DNA of 64,000 nt from a virus (IMGVR_UViG_2595698595_000001:128001-192000); one strand, 5' to 3'; positions 19,489-30,236 are shown, numbered from the stretch's first letter. A program made the numbers and translations. Notes: a model not told the origin generated them from the sequence alone.

Positions 19489-19803
19489 ATGGCTTTATTA
19501 TCAATGTCTAACGGACCAAAACAAACATTAAACGTTAACTACGCGTTAGAAACTCTTCGAAATTCTGGAATCGATGCAATGAAACATTGCTTCAAACTTA
19601 CTGTTATGACTGATAACGGTTACGAGGAAGTTAAAACCTTCACTCATAAATCCATTCAAAAATGTTATGTTGTAACTTTAGCTGGTGGAAAATCTTTCAC
19701 ATTGTCTGAATTACTTCACTTACAAAAGGAATTAAAACAAGCTCGTATTAAAAATAACGAATCTTTAAACTGCAAAAAAGTTTACAGATATGAAGCAAAA
19801 TAA
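19489..19803 (+). CDS. hypothetical early protein
   Basis: TTTCAATT-ATG start. Confidence 0.6.
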   Translation: MALLSMSNGPKQTLNVNYALETLRNSGIDAMKHCFKLTVMTDNGYEEVKTFTHKSIQKCYVVTLAGGKSFTLSELLHLQKELKQARIKNNESLNCKKVYRYEAK

Positions 19804-20113
19804 TTTCGAGATTTTGGAGATTAACGGAAGACAATTAGTCTTCTGTTCTCCATCTTATGCTGAAACTTTATATGATTCTAAGATATTAGACATATCACCA
19901 GTAGGTCAAGCTACTACTCTTTCAAAAGAAGTTTATGAAGCATTAACACCTGTTCGTCTAAATACAGTTTATTACGATTACCTTAATAGTGGTAAATATT
20001 TCTTAGACCCTCGTGACAGTTTTATGTCATTCATGGAAGCTTCAGGAATGACTAAACGTTTTCCAAAAGAACCACCTTTCATTTTCATCATTCGTCAAGA
20101 CTTTTTAAACTAA
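19790..20113 (+). CDS. hypothetical protein
   Basis: Overlapping ORF. Confidence 0.55.
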   Translation: MKQNNFEILEINGRQLVFCSPSYAETLYDSKILDISPVGQATTLSKEVYEALTPVRLNTVYYDYLNSGKYFLDPRDSFMSFMEASGMTKRFPKEPPFIFIIRQDFLN

Positions 20114-20125
20114 ATACTTTCAATT

Positions 20126-20326
20126 ATGCAAGACCAATCAGTAATAGTCTGGAACTCTGAGACTAATCAAAACGATACTTTAGTAATCGATCAACAAGTA
20201 ATCGATTTCGCAAAGAACTACAAACAAGATCAAAAGAATTTCGACATTCTTTACCTTTCGTCAATTTCCACATTAATCGTTATAGCAATTGTAGTATCGT
20301 TAATCAAAAAATCTAGAAGAAAATAA
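20126..20326 (+). CDS. small single-TM protein
   Basis: TTTCAATT-ATG; C-terminal TM helix followed by KKSRRK. Confidence 0.6.
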   Translation: MQDQSVIVWNSETNQNDTLVIDQQVIDFAKNYKQDQKNFDILYLSSISTLIVIAIVVSLIKKSRRK

Positions 20327-20328
20327 TC

Positions 20329-20919
20329 ATGAAAATAACTCCGAAAATCCACCTAAGAATCTTCATTTCTATGATTGTAATTGTAGCTCTTTGTGCTGCT
20401 ACAGGTAATCCGTATTTAGCTGTTCTTTCTCTATTTCTAGCTTTATTCGTTTTGAAAGCTTTAGTAAACGAAAGGATTCTTTCCAGAATCGAAAGTTTCA
20501 ATATTGATTTCTTTTCAGAATCTAGAAGTAAACGATTAGAACGTTCGCAACTTAAGAAATACAAAGAACTTCTTAAAGACGGTTTTACTGAAGTTGAGAA
20601 TTCACCAGAATATCTGTTACGTCAAGATAATGGTACGAATACGTACGCATTAAATCCTAAGAATTACAATACGTTATCGAAGCTTATCATAATCAAGAAT
20701 CCTATTACGAAAGGTGGTTATACATCTCGTAAGATTGATAAAGTTTACGTAGAACATAATTTAGCTACTAACGAAATCGATATGTACTGTACAGATTCTA
20801 AAGATCGTTTGTATTTGAAATCTGAGATAAGAATATTCGAAGATTTCGATATTAACGAATTGTATGTCATATTAATGAAACGTCTAACTAAATCTATCGA
20901 ACATGGAAGATATAACTAA
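20329..20919 (+). CDS. membrane-anchored protein
   Basis: Two N-terminal TM helices. Confidence 0.6.
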   Translation: MKITPKIHLRIFISMIVIVALCAATGNPYLAVLSLFLALFVLKALVNERILSRIESFNIDFFSESRSKRLERSQLKKYKELLKDGFTEVENSPEYLLRQDNGTNTYALNPKNYNTLSKLIIIKNPITKGGYTSRKIDKVYVEHNLATNEIDMYCTDSKDRLYLKSEIRIFEDFDINELYVILMKRLTKSIEHGRYN

Positions 20920-21151
20920 GCATGCTAATTTGATTACAAGTATAACTCTCGTATTAGCTTGGGTTATTTGTATAGTTTCTGTACTTACTATTGGTTTTAT
21001 GAACGACAAGATTTCAGGTAAAAGTCTTATTATCATAATACTAATAGGATTAATGACAGCTTTACTAATGATTGGTATCAAATATGTTTTCAATGAAATG
21101 TCAGCAATCATATTTAAATTGAATCAGGAACTAAAAGAATTTAAACAGTAA
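20903..21151 (+). CDS. small 2-TM protein
   Basis: Two hydrophobic helices. Confidence 0.55.
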   Translation: MEDITKHANLITSITLVLAWVICIVSVLTIGFMNDKISGKSLIIIILIGLMTALLMIGIKYVFNEMSAIIFKLNQELKEFKQ

Positions 21152-21152
21152 C

Positions 21153-21181
21153 TGAAACTTTTTGACAATCTGTAGTATAAT
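21153..21181 (+). promoter_or_regulatory. promoter without hairpin
   Basis: TGAAAC-N14-TAGTATAAT upstream of the ligase. Confidence 0.7.
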
Positions 21182-21215
21182 ACATCTATATATTTAAACT
21201 ATAATCATTTCAATT

Positions 21216-23090
21216 ATGCAATTCGAAAAACATTCTGTTCAATTTCTTATCGATCTTTACAACAATGCTAAAGAACAGTATTACAATACTGGAAATTCCC
21301 CACTTACCGATTCAGAATTCGATGAATTAGAGGATTATTTGCTATCTAATGAATACGTCGAGAAATATGTTGGTACTGAAGAAATCAAAGGTACTAAATC
21401 ACCTCATGTAACTCCAATGTTATCTCTTGACAAAGTTCAAGTATTTACTGATGGATTTGAAGGGCATCATTTCGATCATGTTCTTGCAGCTCTTGGTAGA
21501 TATGATCAATTTGTTACTCATAAACATGGTGATCATATGCTTCAAGCTTCATTTAAATTAGATGGTTTAGCTGCAAATATCACATATGCTGATGGAGTTC
21601 TTAAAACTATCGCAACACGTGGTAACGGTAAAATAGGTTCTGATATTACTGAAAAATGTAAACATTTAGTTCCAAACAAATTATCAACAAATTTCAGTGG
21701 TGAGGTTCGTGGTGAAATCTTTATCAAGAAATCTACATTCATTCAGAAATATTCTGAATACAAAAATCCAAGAAACTTAGCTGCCGGTATTGTTGGTCAA
21801 AACGATATCAAGGACCCAAGATTAAAAGATTTGAATATCTTCTTATTTGAAGTGAAAGGTTCGGTTAAGACTTTATTCGAAATCGTTGACTTACGTCCAT
21901 TGATAATCGATTCTATTTCGTTCTTCAATACATTCGATGAAATGTCGAAAGCTTATCATGAATTACTTGATAAACGTACAAATCTCGATTATCCAACAGA
22001 TGGTATCGTAATTAGATTATCAAGTGCTGTTGAACATCGTGATAATGGTTTAGCACCACTTTACTCAGTAGCTGTTAAATTCCCTCCAATGTTAGCAAGA
22101 ACTAAAATTGCTAAAATCTCATGGAATCTTCGTAAATCTGGAAAATTCATTCCACATGCAACATTAGAACCTGTAGAATTGGATGGAACTATCGTAACTC
22201 ATGCAGCTTTACATAACTATGGATGGGTTAATGAAAGAGGTTGTTGGGAAGGTGCTGAGGTTGTAATTGGTAAAAATGGTGACATCATTCCACAAATTCA
22301 ATCAGTAGTAACAAAATCAGAACCTTCTAATCTACCAGAAAATCATGTAATTTCTGATAACGGTCTTCATATGTTACCATCGGGTGATATGTCTGACGTT
22401 ATTAATCGCAACAAATTCGTTCAAGGTTTTTATACTTTAGGAATGTTTGGATTCGGTGGTGCTACATTCATCAAACTTTATGATTTGATGGAAGGTAAAA
22501 TCGAAAACATCTTTAACGATGATTTGTTTACTAAGAAAAATCTAGCACCAATACTAGGTTTAGGAATGACTGGTCCTAAATTCCTTAAGGAACGTCAACA
22601 TGTTTTAGTAAATATGAATCTTCCTAAGTTGCTATTAGCTATGCAATTCGATTCTTGTGGCTGGAGACATTGTTTGAAACTGTCTAAAGCGTATTCGAAA
22701 CCGGATGCTGAACTTGATACATCTGGATTAAATTCTAAAGTTGTATATTCAGTAACACAGGATCAAAACAATATCTATCGTATAACTTCAGCAATTCAAT
22801 TAGCGTTAAGAAACGGTATCGAACTTGAAGATATCGAAGAAAAAGTTATCGAAAAAGGTTCAGTTACTTTTGAAATGACTGGATCACCTAAATTAGCTGG
22901 ATTCAAATCTAAGGAAGCTTTCGTACAATATGTATCAACTTGGAATCATACGAAACTTAAGAAAGATACCACTTATCTGATAACAGATGATAAGGTTTCG
23001 AAAACTTCAAAAATGAAATTCGCGGACGCTAACAATGTAACAGTTTTAACTTACGAAGAAGCTGTAGCTAAATTTAAAGAATCTTTGTAA
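21216..23090 (+). CDS. ligA: NAD-dependent DNA ligase
   Basis: YYNTGNSPLTDSEFD (domain Ia), PMLSLDK, KLDGLA, TRGNG, EVRGE, NPRNLAAG, TDGIV, GDIIPQI, C-terminal BRCT. Confidence 0.95.
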   Translation: MQFEKHSVQFLIDLYNNAKEQYYNTGNSPLTDSEFDELEDYLLSNEYVEKYVGTEEIKGTKSPHVTPMLSLDKVQVFTDGFEGHHFDHVLAALGRYDQFVTHKHGDHMLQASFKLDGLAANITYADGVLKTIATRGNGKIGSDITEKCKHLVPNKLSTNFSGEVRGEIFIKKSTFIQKYSEYKNPRNLAAGIVGQNDIKDPRLKDLNIFLFEVKGSVKTLFEIVDLRPLIIDSISFFNTFDEMSKAYHELLDKRTNLDYPTDGIVIRLSSAVEHRDNGLAPLYSVAVKFPPMLARTKIAKISWNLRKSGKFIPHATLEPVELDGTIVTHAALHNYGWVNERGCWEGAEVVIGKNGDIIPQIQSVVTKSEPSNLPENHVISDNGLHMLPSGDMSDVINRNKFVQGFYTLGMFGFGGATFIKLYDLMEGKIENIFNDDLFTKKNLAPILGLGMTGPKFLKERQHVLVNMNLPKLLLAMQFDSCGWRHCLKLSKAYSKPDAELDTSGLNSKVVYSVTQDQNNIYRITSAIQLALRNGIELEDIEEKVIEKGSVTFEMTGSPKLAGFKSKEAFVQYVSTWNHTKLKKDTTYLITDDKVSKTSKMKFADANNVTVLTYEEAVAKFKESL

Positions 23091-23506
23091 TGATAGAACT
23101 AAGTAAATATAGTTATTCTAATGTATTCGATAATACCGTAAGATTGGATTCTTACGGTAATCTTTCAATAATCCGTAAGTTTAATACTGTAGAATCTAAT
23201 ATTACTGTTAAACTTAATGTTAAGGATATCCAAAATCTTATCGATATTCAAGAGAAAATACTAGCTTTATATGGTAACGTATTTTCAGATTCTTTAACTT
23301 GGTATGTAAATTCTGAAGATTATCATATCAATGTCAATTTTCGAAGACATTTAAGAATCGATAATACTAGTTACGGTAATGTTTCAGTATTCGATAATCG
23401 TAAGAATCTTATCGTTTCATTTCCATGCTTTAATAAAGTCGATAAATCTGTAATCTATGAATTACTTCCAATAATCGACAGACTTAACAAATCAAAACAA
23501 TCTTAA
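23090..23506 (+). CDS. hypothetical protein
   Basis: Coupled ORF with a weak internal duplication (D.YGNLS / SYGNVS). Confidence 0.55.
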   Translation: MIELSKYSYSNVFDNTVRLDSYGNLSIIRKFNTVESNITVKLNVKDIQNLIDIQEKILALYGNVFSDSLTWYVNSEDYHINVNFRRHLRIDNTSYGNVSVFDNRKNLIVSFPCFNKVDKSVIYELLPIIDRLNKSKQS

Positions 23507-23544
23507 TAATACATATTATCTATAAACTATAACTGTAACTTATC

Positions 23545-24090
23545 ATGAATACGCACGACTCACAACAGAAAATCAATATTTTAGAAAAAGCCTTGTACAA
23601 TCAACTTTATGTACATGGTACTATTCAAGCCGATACTTTAGTAAAACTTATTCCAGATCGCAATACTAACGAAACCACTGCTATCTTATTTATTGAAAGT
23701 AATAATATTACTAAACAAAACTTTTCGATAGCTTTCAGAGTAACGATAAGTAACGATTACACAACAATCATAACTTCTGATAACAGATATAATCGAAATC
23801 TGATAATACTTGATATCGATAATACTGGAACAGAAAAACGCAATACTGAAACATTGAATGTCATGTTATCGAAACTTGACAATACGTTAAGAACTTACAG
23901 AATTCAATATTCAAACACTCCGTTAATGCTTTCTGGATATAATGATTTCATTGACGAAAATGGTGAGAAATCATTGTTTCCAATGTTCTCTGAACGTAAG
24001 TTTAAATTGTATGCGTCATTGAACACAGTATTACATACTATCAAGAAAATCAATATCGAACATCCTAACCTAAAAGTTACATGGATATAA
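23545..24090 (+). CDS. hypothetical protein
   Basis: ORF after AATACATA at 23508. Confidence 0.6.
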   Translation: MNTHDSQQKINILEKALYNQLYVHGTIQADTLVKLIPDRNTNETTAILFIESNNITKQNFSIAFRVTISNDYTTIITSDNRYNRNLIILDIDNTGTEKRNTETLNVMLSKLDNTLRTYRIQYSNTPLMLSGYNDFIDENGEKSLFPMFSERKFKLYASLNTVLHTIKKINIEHPNLKVTWI

Positions 24091-24581
24091 CAGTAGTTTT
24101 CGAATCGAAAGAAGACAAAAATAGATTACAGGTATCATTGAAAGACGATACCTTATCTGTTTGGAATTCATTATTCGAGATAGAAGAAAGAGCATATAAT
24201 CCAATACATAAAGAAGTAGTTAGAACTGATTTTGTATTTGAAGGTATTGGAACTTCTATGCAATTTATTTCGGACATAATCGAATTACCAACTAACGAAT
24301 TGTTTCAAGTTGAAATACTTAGAAGAAATCTAACAGAACCATTTGTATGCTGTGTCAAACCTTCGACAACGTTCGCAATATGTGTTGAAACGACTAACGC
24401 AATATTAGCTTTCGTAAAGACTATAGAAGTTTTCATATCAAAAATGGATTCGTATAAACAATTTCAAAGTGTCTTTGGTCAATCTTGGGACGGTTCGGTG
24501 CTAAGAAATCTAAACGATTTCATCATAAAAAGTCTACTAAAAGACTGTCATTCTTATAAACAATCAATCAATCAAAAATGA
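24081..24581 (+). CDS. hypothetical protein
   Basis: Overlapping ORF. Confidence 0.55.
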   Translation: MDITVVFESKEDKNRLQVSLKDDTLSVWNSLFEIEERAYNPIHKEVVRTDFVFEGIGTSMQFISDIIELPTNELFQVEILRRNLTEPFVCCVKPSTTFAICVETTNAILAFVKTIEVFISKMDSYKQFQSVFGQSWDGSVLRNLNDFIIKSLLKDCHSYKQSINQK

Positions 24582-25087
24582 TCTTTTTACTTATTTTACT
24601 TATTGTCGGAGCTATAGCTTCGTTAAACAGAAAATCAAATCCGTTCTATGGTAAACAGGAAGGTTTGTCAAGAATAGTTGGTGGTGCTTTTGTAGGGTTT
24701 CTATTATGGCTATTCATATTGAATCCAGTTTTAAGTATCGTTTCTAAAAATATCAAGTTTACAAAAACTAGTCAAATAGATTCGATACAAGCTATTACTG
24801 TTGATACTGATTTCGATACTTTCAAAATATCTTTAAAGGATTCTTCTTTACTAATGAATTCTAGTAGTCCAGCTTTATTCATAGTTAATGACAGTTTAAT
24901 CTTTGAAGGTGATACAATTATTAATATTTCCAAATTAGTGAAAGTTACTAGTAAGTCATCTAATAAACTACTTTATATCGATATGAACATTGTTCCAGAT
25001 TATGAAATACATCTAACTGAATCAGATTATTCGAAACTAAATCCAATGTATAGAAACGAATTCAGTCATATGTTTATCAGAAGATAA
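24578..25087 (+). CDS. membrane protein
   Basis: Two N-terminal hydrophobic segments. Confidence 0.55.
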   Translation: MIFLLILLIVGAIASLNRKSNPFYGKQEGLSRIVGGAFVGFLLWLFILNPVLSIVSKNIKFTKTSQIDSIQAITVDTDFDTFKISLKDSSLLMNSSSPALFIVNDSLIFEGDTIINISKLVKVTSKSSNKLLYIDMNIVPDYEIHLTESDYSKLNPMYRNEFSHMFIRR

Positions 25088-25151
25088 GGAAACGATAATA
25101 CATACTTAAGTAATATACATCTATATTTCAATTTCAAAACATAAGAAACGT

Positions 25152-25970
25152 ATGACCCAACGATTAGATAAATTTCTCTATAACGGAGAAGTATATGACA
25201 AAAAGAATCATTTCGTATTCACAACGATAGTTGATAGAAATGGATTCGCTTTGACAAAATATCCATTCATTCAAGAATACTTTACAAGAATTCATGACTT
25301 TATCAAAAATGACACTCAAATCATTTGCGATAGATACGCATTCGATGATTCGAAACTTCATGAAATTCTAACATCAAATTTCTTCAGAGTAGTACATTCT
25401 AAGAAAATACTAGAACATTGGAAAGACCCTGAAATGGAACGTGCTAGAGTTCCGAAAACTAATCATATGTTCTTCAAAAGTTTAGCAGGTGCTTTACATT
25501 CGACTGAAGAATATTTCGATGGAATCATTTGGTTCTTTGGTAATTTCAAAATGTTTGAAACTATAGCACCAATGATAAACCGAGTTTTTATCGTAAGACT
25601 TAACTGTGATTTTGGTGAATTATGTCCAGAACTTCTAGACATTGACGGTGTTTATGACGAACATCTTTTCAGTAGTTTCAATCTTACTCATAAGAAAATC
25701 ATGGAATCTGAACAATCCATCGAATGGGTTAAAACTATGAATAAACCTGTCGAAACTCGTGTAGAGGTTGTAAGTGAACATATGAAACTTGTAACTAAAG
25801 CTGCTGATGTTCGTGAAGAACGTAAAGACATTCCAATGTTTCATGATTATCAATTCGAAGAATATGCATTAACTTCTAAATTTAAATTGTCTCGTAAGAG
25901 ACAGAAAGAAGTTGAAGCTCGTAAAGAAGCAAAATTACATGAATCCGAAGAACTTCAAGAAATCGACTAA
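25152..25970 (+). CDS. hypothetical protein
   Basis: 272-aa ORF. Confidence 0.65.
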   Translation: MTQRLDKFLYNGEVYDKKNHFVFTTIVDRNGFALTKYPFIQEYFTRIHDFIKNDTQIICDRYAFDDSKLHEILTSNFFRVVHSKKILEHWKDPEMERARVPKTNHMFFKSLAGALHSTEEYFDGIIWFFGNFKMFETIAPMINRVFIVRLNCDFGELCPELLDIDGVYDEHLFSSFNLTHKKIMESEQSIEWVKTMNKPVETRVEVVSEHMKLVTKAADVREERKDIPMFHDYQFEEYALTSKFKLSRKRQKEVEARKEAKLHESEELQEID

Positions 25971-26024
25971 TAGTAAAGAACTATTAGTCTTCATAAATGG
26001 TAAAATCCAAATAATCAAAAACAA

Positions 26025-26744
26025 ATGAACAAACAAACTAATCTCCTGTTTGACGACAGACAAGACTTAGCTAAATCATTGGAACATAGACTGACCAATG
26101 TGAACAACCAACTTAACCAATTTGTAGCTGAATTCCGTAAACTTGTACAAGACCCGCAAAGTAATGTATTACACATGTTCGATATGATTATCAACAAAAA
26201 TGATAGAATCGATATCGATCATACAATCTATTTATGTGGTATCGGTAAGAACATTCCATCACTTCGTAAAGCTTCAGCAACTTTTAAATCGTTAGGTCTT
26301 AAATGTGAAGTACTTGACGCAGTTGATGCTTTACATGGTGATTTAGGTTGTATCAGGGATTATGATACTGTAATATTCTTTTCGAAATCTGGTAATACTT
26401 CAGAATTGTTAAGAACTATGCAATATTTAGATTCCATAAACACTGTAATTGATGGTGAAAGTTCTGTATCGAATAAATCTATTTGTATAGATATGTTTGC
26501 AGTTTCAATGAATAGCGAATTCGATTCAGGTTTTGAAAACTTCAAAACCATCAATCATGTAGTATTACCGAAAACCGGTGAAGCTGACGAATTCAATAAA
26601 GTCCCAACCACTTCACCGATAGCCTTCCAAATCTTCTTAGACATGTTAGCTTGTGAATATGCTTCTGTTTATGATTTGACTTTAGAAGATTTCGGTGGTA
26701 ATCACCCGGGTGGTGACATTGGAAAATTCATAAACAAAAACTAA
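26025..26744 (+). CDS. SIS-domain arabinose-5-phosphate isomerase (KdsD/GutQ-like, no CBS)
   Basis: GIGKN, DALHGDLG, SKSGNTSEL, PTTS, NHPGG. Confidence 0.88.
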   Translation: MNKQTNLLFDDRQDLAKSLEHRLTNVNNQLNQFVAEFRKLVQDPQSNVLHMFDMIINKNDRIDIDHTIYLCGIGKNIPSLRKASATFKSLGLKCEVLDAVDALHGDLGCIRDYDTVIFFSKSGNTSELLRTMQYLDSINTVIDGESSVSNKSICIDMFAVSMNSEFDSGFENFKTINHVVLPKTGEADEFNKVPTTSPIAFQIFLDMLACEYASVYDLTLEDFGGNHPGGDIGKFINKN

Positions 26745-26749
26745 ATACC

Positions 26750-26947
26750 ATGTCAACATTTTTAGAACGACTGATAACAGAACAAAAGGAATTGTCTGAA
26801 AAGATTTCTAAGCTTCATGATTATATTTCGAATAATTCACATTTCGAAACATTAACTGAAAGAAATCAAGAATTACTTGAAGATCAATACGAAACTATGA
26901 GTAATTACAATTCAATTCTTTTAGAACGAATCAAAATCAATCGTTAA
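26750..26947 (+). CDS. small helical phage protein (crAss001_48-like)
   Basis: F.ERL..E..EL..KI.KL...LL..Q...M..Y..IL.ERI pattern. Confidence 0.65.
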   Translation: MSTFLERLITEQKELSEKISKLHDYISNNSHFETLTERNQELLEDQYETMSNYNSILLERIKINR

Positions 26948-26950
26948 ATC

Positions 26951-26979
26951 AAAAGTCGTATCGAATAGATACGACTTTT
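26951..26979 (+). terminator. intrinsic terminator
   Basis: AAAAGTCGTATC-GAATA-GATACGACTTTT. Confidence 0.75.
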
Positions 26980-26993
26980 TCATTCTTTCAATT

Positions 26994-27416
26994 ATGAACA
27001 AATACGATTTCAATTGGGTAAGGGATGAATCCTTAGACACTTATGATGGTTATTATCATGCTTATATCGTTACTAGAAAGTTTGGAAACGTTAAAGCTAG
27101 ACTAGGAATAAATCTAGACCCTTACATGAATTGTTATGTTTCTTTAAGTAGTGGTAGGAAACGTAAGCAATTAAGTATTTACGAAGACAAACCTGAAAAG
27201 AATTCATGTGGAATCGAAATATTGATATGGACTAAGGAGGCTATGCTAGATTTCCCTATTTGGTTTAATGACCGTCATATCAATAAACTTAATTCTATGC
27301 TAGTTACAGGTTCTGATACTAGACGTTTCAAAATATACAAGCGTTATTTGATACCTCATGGATTCTATACACAAAAACAGCATGACGGTGGAATCTATCT
27401 GTTCAAGAAACTTTAG
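26994..27416 (+). CDS. hypothetical protein
   Basis: TTTCAATT-ATG; RRFKIYKRYL motif. Confidence 0.6.
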   Translation: MNKYDFNWVRDESLDTYDGYYHAYIVTRKFGNVKARLGINLDPYMNCYVSLSSGRKRKQLSIYEDKPEKNSCGIEILIWTKEAMLDFPIWFNDRHINKLNSMLVTGSDTRRFKIYKRYLIPHGFYTQKQHDGGIYLFKKL

Positions 27417-27434
27417 TCAGTTTCTTAGTAATAT
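27405..27434 (+). promoter_or_regulatory. promoter with short hairpin
   Basis: AGAAAC-N14-TAGTAATAT inside AAGAAACT-N6-AGTTTCTT. Confidence 0.55.
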
Positions 27435-27466
27435 TCAATTATAAAAACTTAACAAAAACAAATTTA

Positions 27467-29197
27467 ATGGAGCATGTAGTTATATTGGCTGGTGGTCTTG
27501 GTTCTAGACTTCATAAATTTACAGCTAATCTTTATCCTAAGATTTTGATTTCGATGGGTAACGAAACTATGTTAGACAAACTTGTAAATTACTATTCAGT
27601 TTACAAGGATTTGAAATCGTTTAACATTGTCGTTTCGACTGAAGAAAATCAAAGACTTATATCTAATTATCTGAATCGATATCATTCTAACGCTTTCGGA
27701 AAAAATACAAAAATCGATGTATTACTTTACAAAAAGTTAGATGGTTCTTTCAATACGATTTACAACCTATTCAAGGGTCAGGGATTGAAGAATGTAGTAT
27801 TCAATTGGTCTGATATCATTCCAACATCACATCTTCAGGTAACAAAATTATTGACTAACGAATTCAAGATAATTACTGATGTTCAAAAACGTCATAGGAT
27901 GGGTATCGAATTTAGACAAGGTACAAGAACTTATGAAGTTGTCAAATATTCGAAAGATGATATGAAGGGTAACATTCCAGGATATTTCTTTATAGGTGAT
28001 TTCGATAGTATATTCGATCATGTATTCGTTGATAACTTAAGACTATATCATAATCTGTCACCAGAAATAGATTTGATGGATGCTTTAGAAGCACAAATCG
28101 AAAAGAATAGATGTATAGTTTCAACTAATGAAATAGATTTTATCGATATCGGAGATGTTGAAAAATATGAAAAATACATGGAAACGATATCGTTAGAAAC
28201 TAGATATTTCAATAGTTTAGAAATTACTGAAAATACAGTTCGTAAGAAAGCTTTAAACGAAAAAGGTATGTCAGTAATCGATAATGAATTGAATTGGTAT
28301 TCTACAGTTGGTAGATTCTTTCCAGATACTAAAAATCGTCCAGCTATTCCAAGAATTTCTAATATTCAAAAGAATTATGATTATCCTCAAGGTGAACAGA
28401 AATTTCATTCTATTGAATTTTCAATGAATCGTATTGACGGTAAAACTGTTGACGAATATCTTTGGAACGATCCTTTAGAAATGTATAATGTATTACGTTT
28501 ATTTGATACTGAGATTTCTAAGTTTCATAATATCGAACAATCGAATAAACCTGAAAAACGTTGGAATGAACATCATATGCATGAATATTTCAAAGTTACA
28601 TATCAACGTTTAGATGAAATATTCTTCATGTTACAAGCTGATGTACATCATTTCAAAATCGGTGATAAGATTCATAGTTTCAAAGGTGATACTATTCATT
28701 TACTTGAACATACTATGAAATATCTTTATGACGCTTATTCTAAATCTGAAGCTAATGAATGGGGATTGATTCATGGTGACCCAAACACTTCTAACGTAAT
28801 GATTTCTAATGATGGTACCGAAATGTTCTTTATCGACCCAAGAGGATTATTCGGACATTCTTTGATGTTTGGTGATATTTATTACGATTGGGCTAAATTC
28901 ATATATGGACTTCAAGGTTATTCTAGATTCAATTTAGATAAGACTTTCGAATTACATTATGACGAACATAGTAAAACTATGCAAGTAGATTTCTTCAAAT
29001 ATGGAATCTATGATATCGATACAGTGTTACATACTGTAAAACAGATTAGACCTGATTTAGATATCAAGCGTTTACGTGTTATCGTTGGTTTGATTCATGT
29101 TAAATTAGCACAGTACATAAGAAACAATCCATCAAAAATGTACGCAACTTATTATTACGGTAAATACTTATTAGAAACAACCTTATCTGAAAAATAA
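27467..29197 (+). CDS. sugar-phosphate nucleotidyltransferase fused to an APH/choline-kinase-like domain
   Basis: N-terminal ILAGGLGSR..YPKIL and DIGD; C-terminal IHGDPNTSN, FIDPRG, YDWAK. Confidence 0.85.
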   Translation: MEHVVILAGGLGSRLHKFTANLYPKILISMGNETMLDKLVNYYSVYKDLKSFNIVVSTEENQRLISNYLNRYHSNAFGKNTKIDVLLYKKLDGSFNTIYNLFKGQGLKNVVFNWSDIIPTSHLQVTKLLTNEFKIITDVQKRHRMGIEFRQGTRTYEVVKYSKDDMKGNIPGYFFIGDFDSIFDHVFVDNLRLYHNLSPEIDLMDALEAQIEKNRCIVSTNEIDFIDIGDVEKYEKYMETISLETRYFNSLEITENTVRKKALNEKGMSVIDNELNWYSTVGRFFPDTKNRPAIPRISNIQKNYDYPQGEQKFHSIEFSMNRIDGKTVDEYLWNDPLEMYNVLRLFDTEISKFHNIEQSNKPEKRWNEHHMHEYFKVTYQRLDEIFFMLQADVHHFKIGDKIHSFKGDTIHLLEHTMKYLYDAYSKSEANEWGLIHGDPNTSNVMISNDGTEMFFIDPRGLFGHSLMFGDIYYDWAKFIYGLQGYSRFNLDKTFELHYDEHSKTMQVDFFKYGIYDIDTVLHTVKQIRPDLDIKRLRVIVGLIHVKLAQYIRNNPSKMYATYYYGKYLLETTLSEK

Positions 29198-30186
29198 TGA
29201 AATTTAAAGGAACTGACCAAAAAACTTCAAGACTGATATTCACCGACTTCGATGGTATCTTCAGTCATGATATGCAATACTCATATATTGACAGAACTAG
29301 TAACGGTCCTGAGAAAAATGCAAAAACTGTAGCATTCGGTATTCGTGATGTTGTTAAGATTCTGAATTACGCTGGTTTCGAAATTCATATTGTTTCGGGT
29401 GATTCTACAGAAAAAGGTCAAGCTTTAACTAAGAAGTTTTTACATAACATTCATGTGGAATCTGTAAACTTTGTACCAACCGATCAAAAACTTGATAGAA
29501 TTCTTGAACTAGCTAATGGTAGGGATTTCATCTGGATCGGTGAGGACTTGATTGACTTACAAATCAAGGAATTCGCCATGAATTACATAACTACCGATAA
29601 CGCTCCAAACATGTTGAAGGAATTAGCTGATGCTAACTTTAGACAAGATTATTTTTGGCACGATTTGTTATCATATTTAATGAAAACTAAAATCTTCAAT
29701 GTTGTTGACGAAGATACACATTGTCTGATAAAATACGCTTTACAGAAATACATCAAACCAGATTTCTTCAAGTTAGTAAGTTACGGATTGATTGATAAAA
29801 ACTATCTAATCGAATCCTTAGAAACATATCGAGGTGTTGAAGAACTTAACGAAATCAAAGTTAACGATATTGAAGACTTCATGGATAAGATAAAAACTAC
29901 AGAAGTTCTAAAAACTGTACCAGTCTTTGGTAAACTCGATTTGATTTCATCTATGAAAGTTTTAGTCAATAACATTTGTAAACATGAACTTAAGTTTGTA
30001 TATACTAAGAACGTTCATTTGTTTTCAGACACTGTAAATATCGGTGACATATTCGAAGTTCTTTCATCATTAAGATTTACAGAATCTTCTAACAGTTTCC
30101 ACGATTACTATATCTACGGATTTACAAAAATCGTAGAAGGTAAGATTGAAAACATGTTAAACGAGAAGTTAGGAGCTAAATTCTAG
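29197..30186 (+). CDS. HAD phosphatase (KdsC-like) with C-terminal extension
   Basis: FTDFDG, VSGD, K, IGEDLID; TAATG-coupled to the upstream gene. Confidence 0.75.
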   Translation: MKFKGTDQKTSRLIFTDFDGIFSHDMQYSYIDRTSNGPEKNAKTVAFGIRDVVKILNYAGFEIHIVSGDSTEKGQALTKKFLHNIHVESVNFVPTDQKLDRILELANGRDFIWIGEDLIDLQIKEFAMNYITTDNAPNMLKELADANFRQDYFWHDLLSYLMKTKIFNVVDEDTHCLIKYALQKYIKPDFFKLVSYGLIDKNYLIESLETYRGVEELNEIKVNDIEDFMDKIKTTEVLKTVPVFGKLDLISSMKVLVNNICKHELKFVYTKNVHLFSDTVNIGDIFEVLSSLRFTESSNSFHDYYIYGFTKIVEGKIENMLNEKLGAKF

Positions 30187-30236
30187 GAAACTATTATTAC
30201 AGTGTAGGTATTATACATATCTACTAATAATTAATT

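Noticed and set aside
26025-30186. Kdo (LPS) biosynthesis pathway
   Set aside because: KdsD- and KdsC-like genes are present but there is no Kdo8P synthase or CMP-Kdo synthetase. The linked enzyme is a nucleotidyltransferase-kinase fusion.
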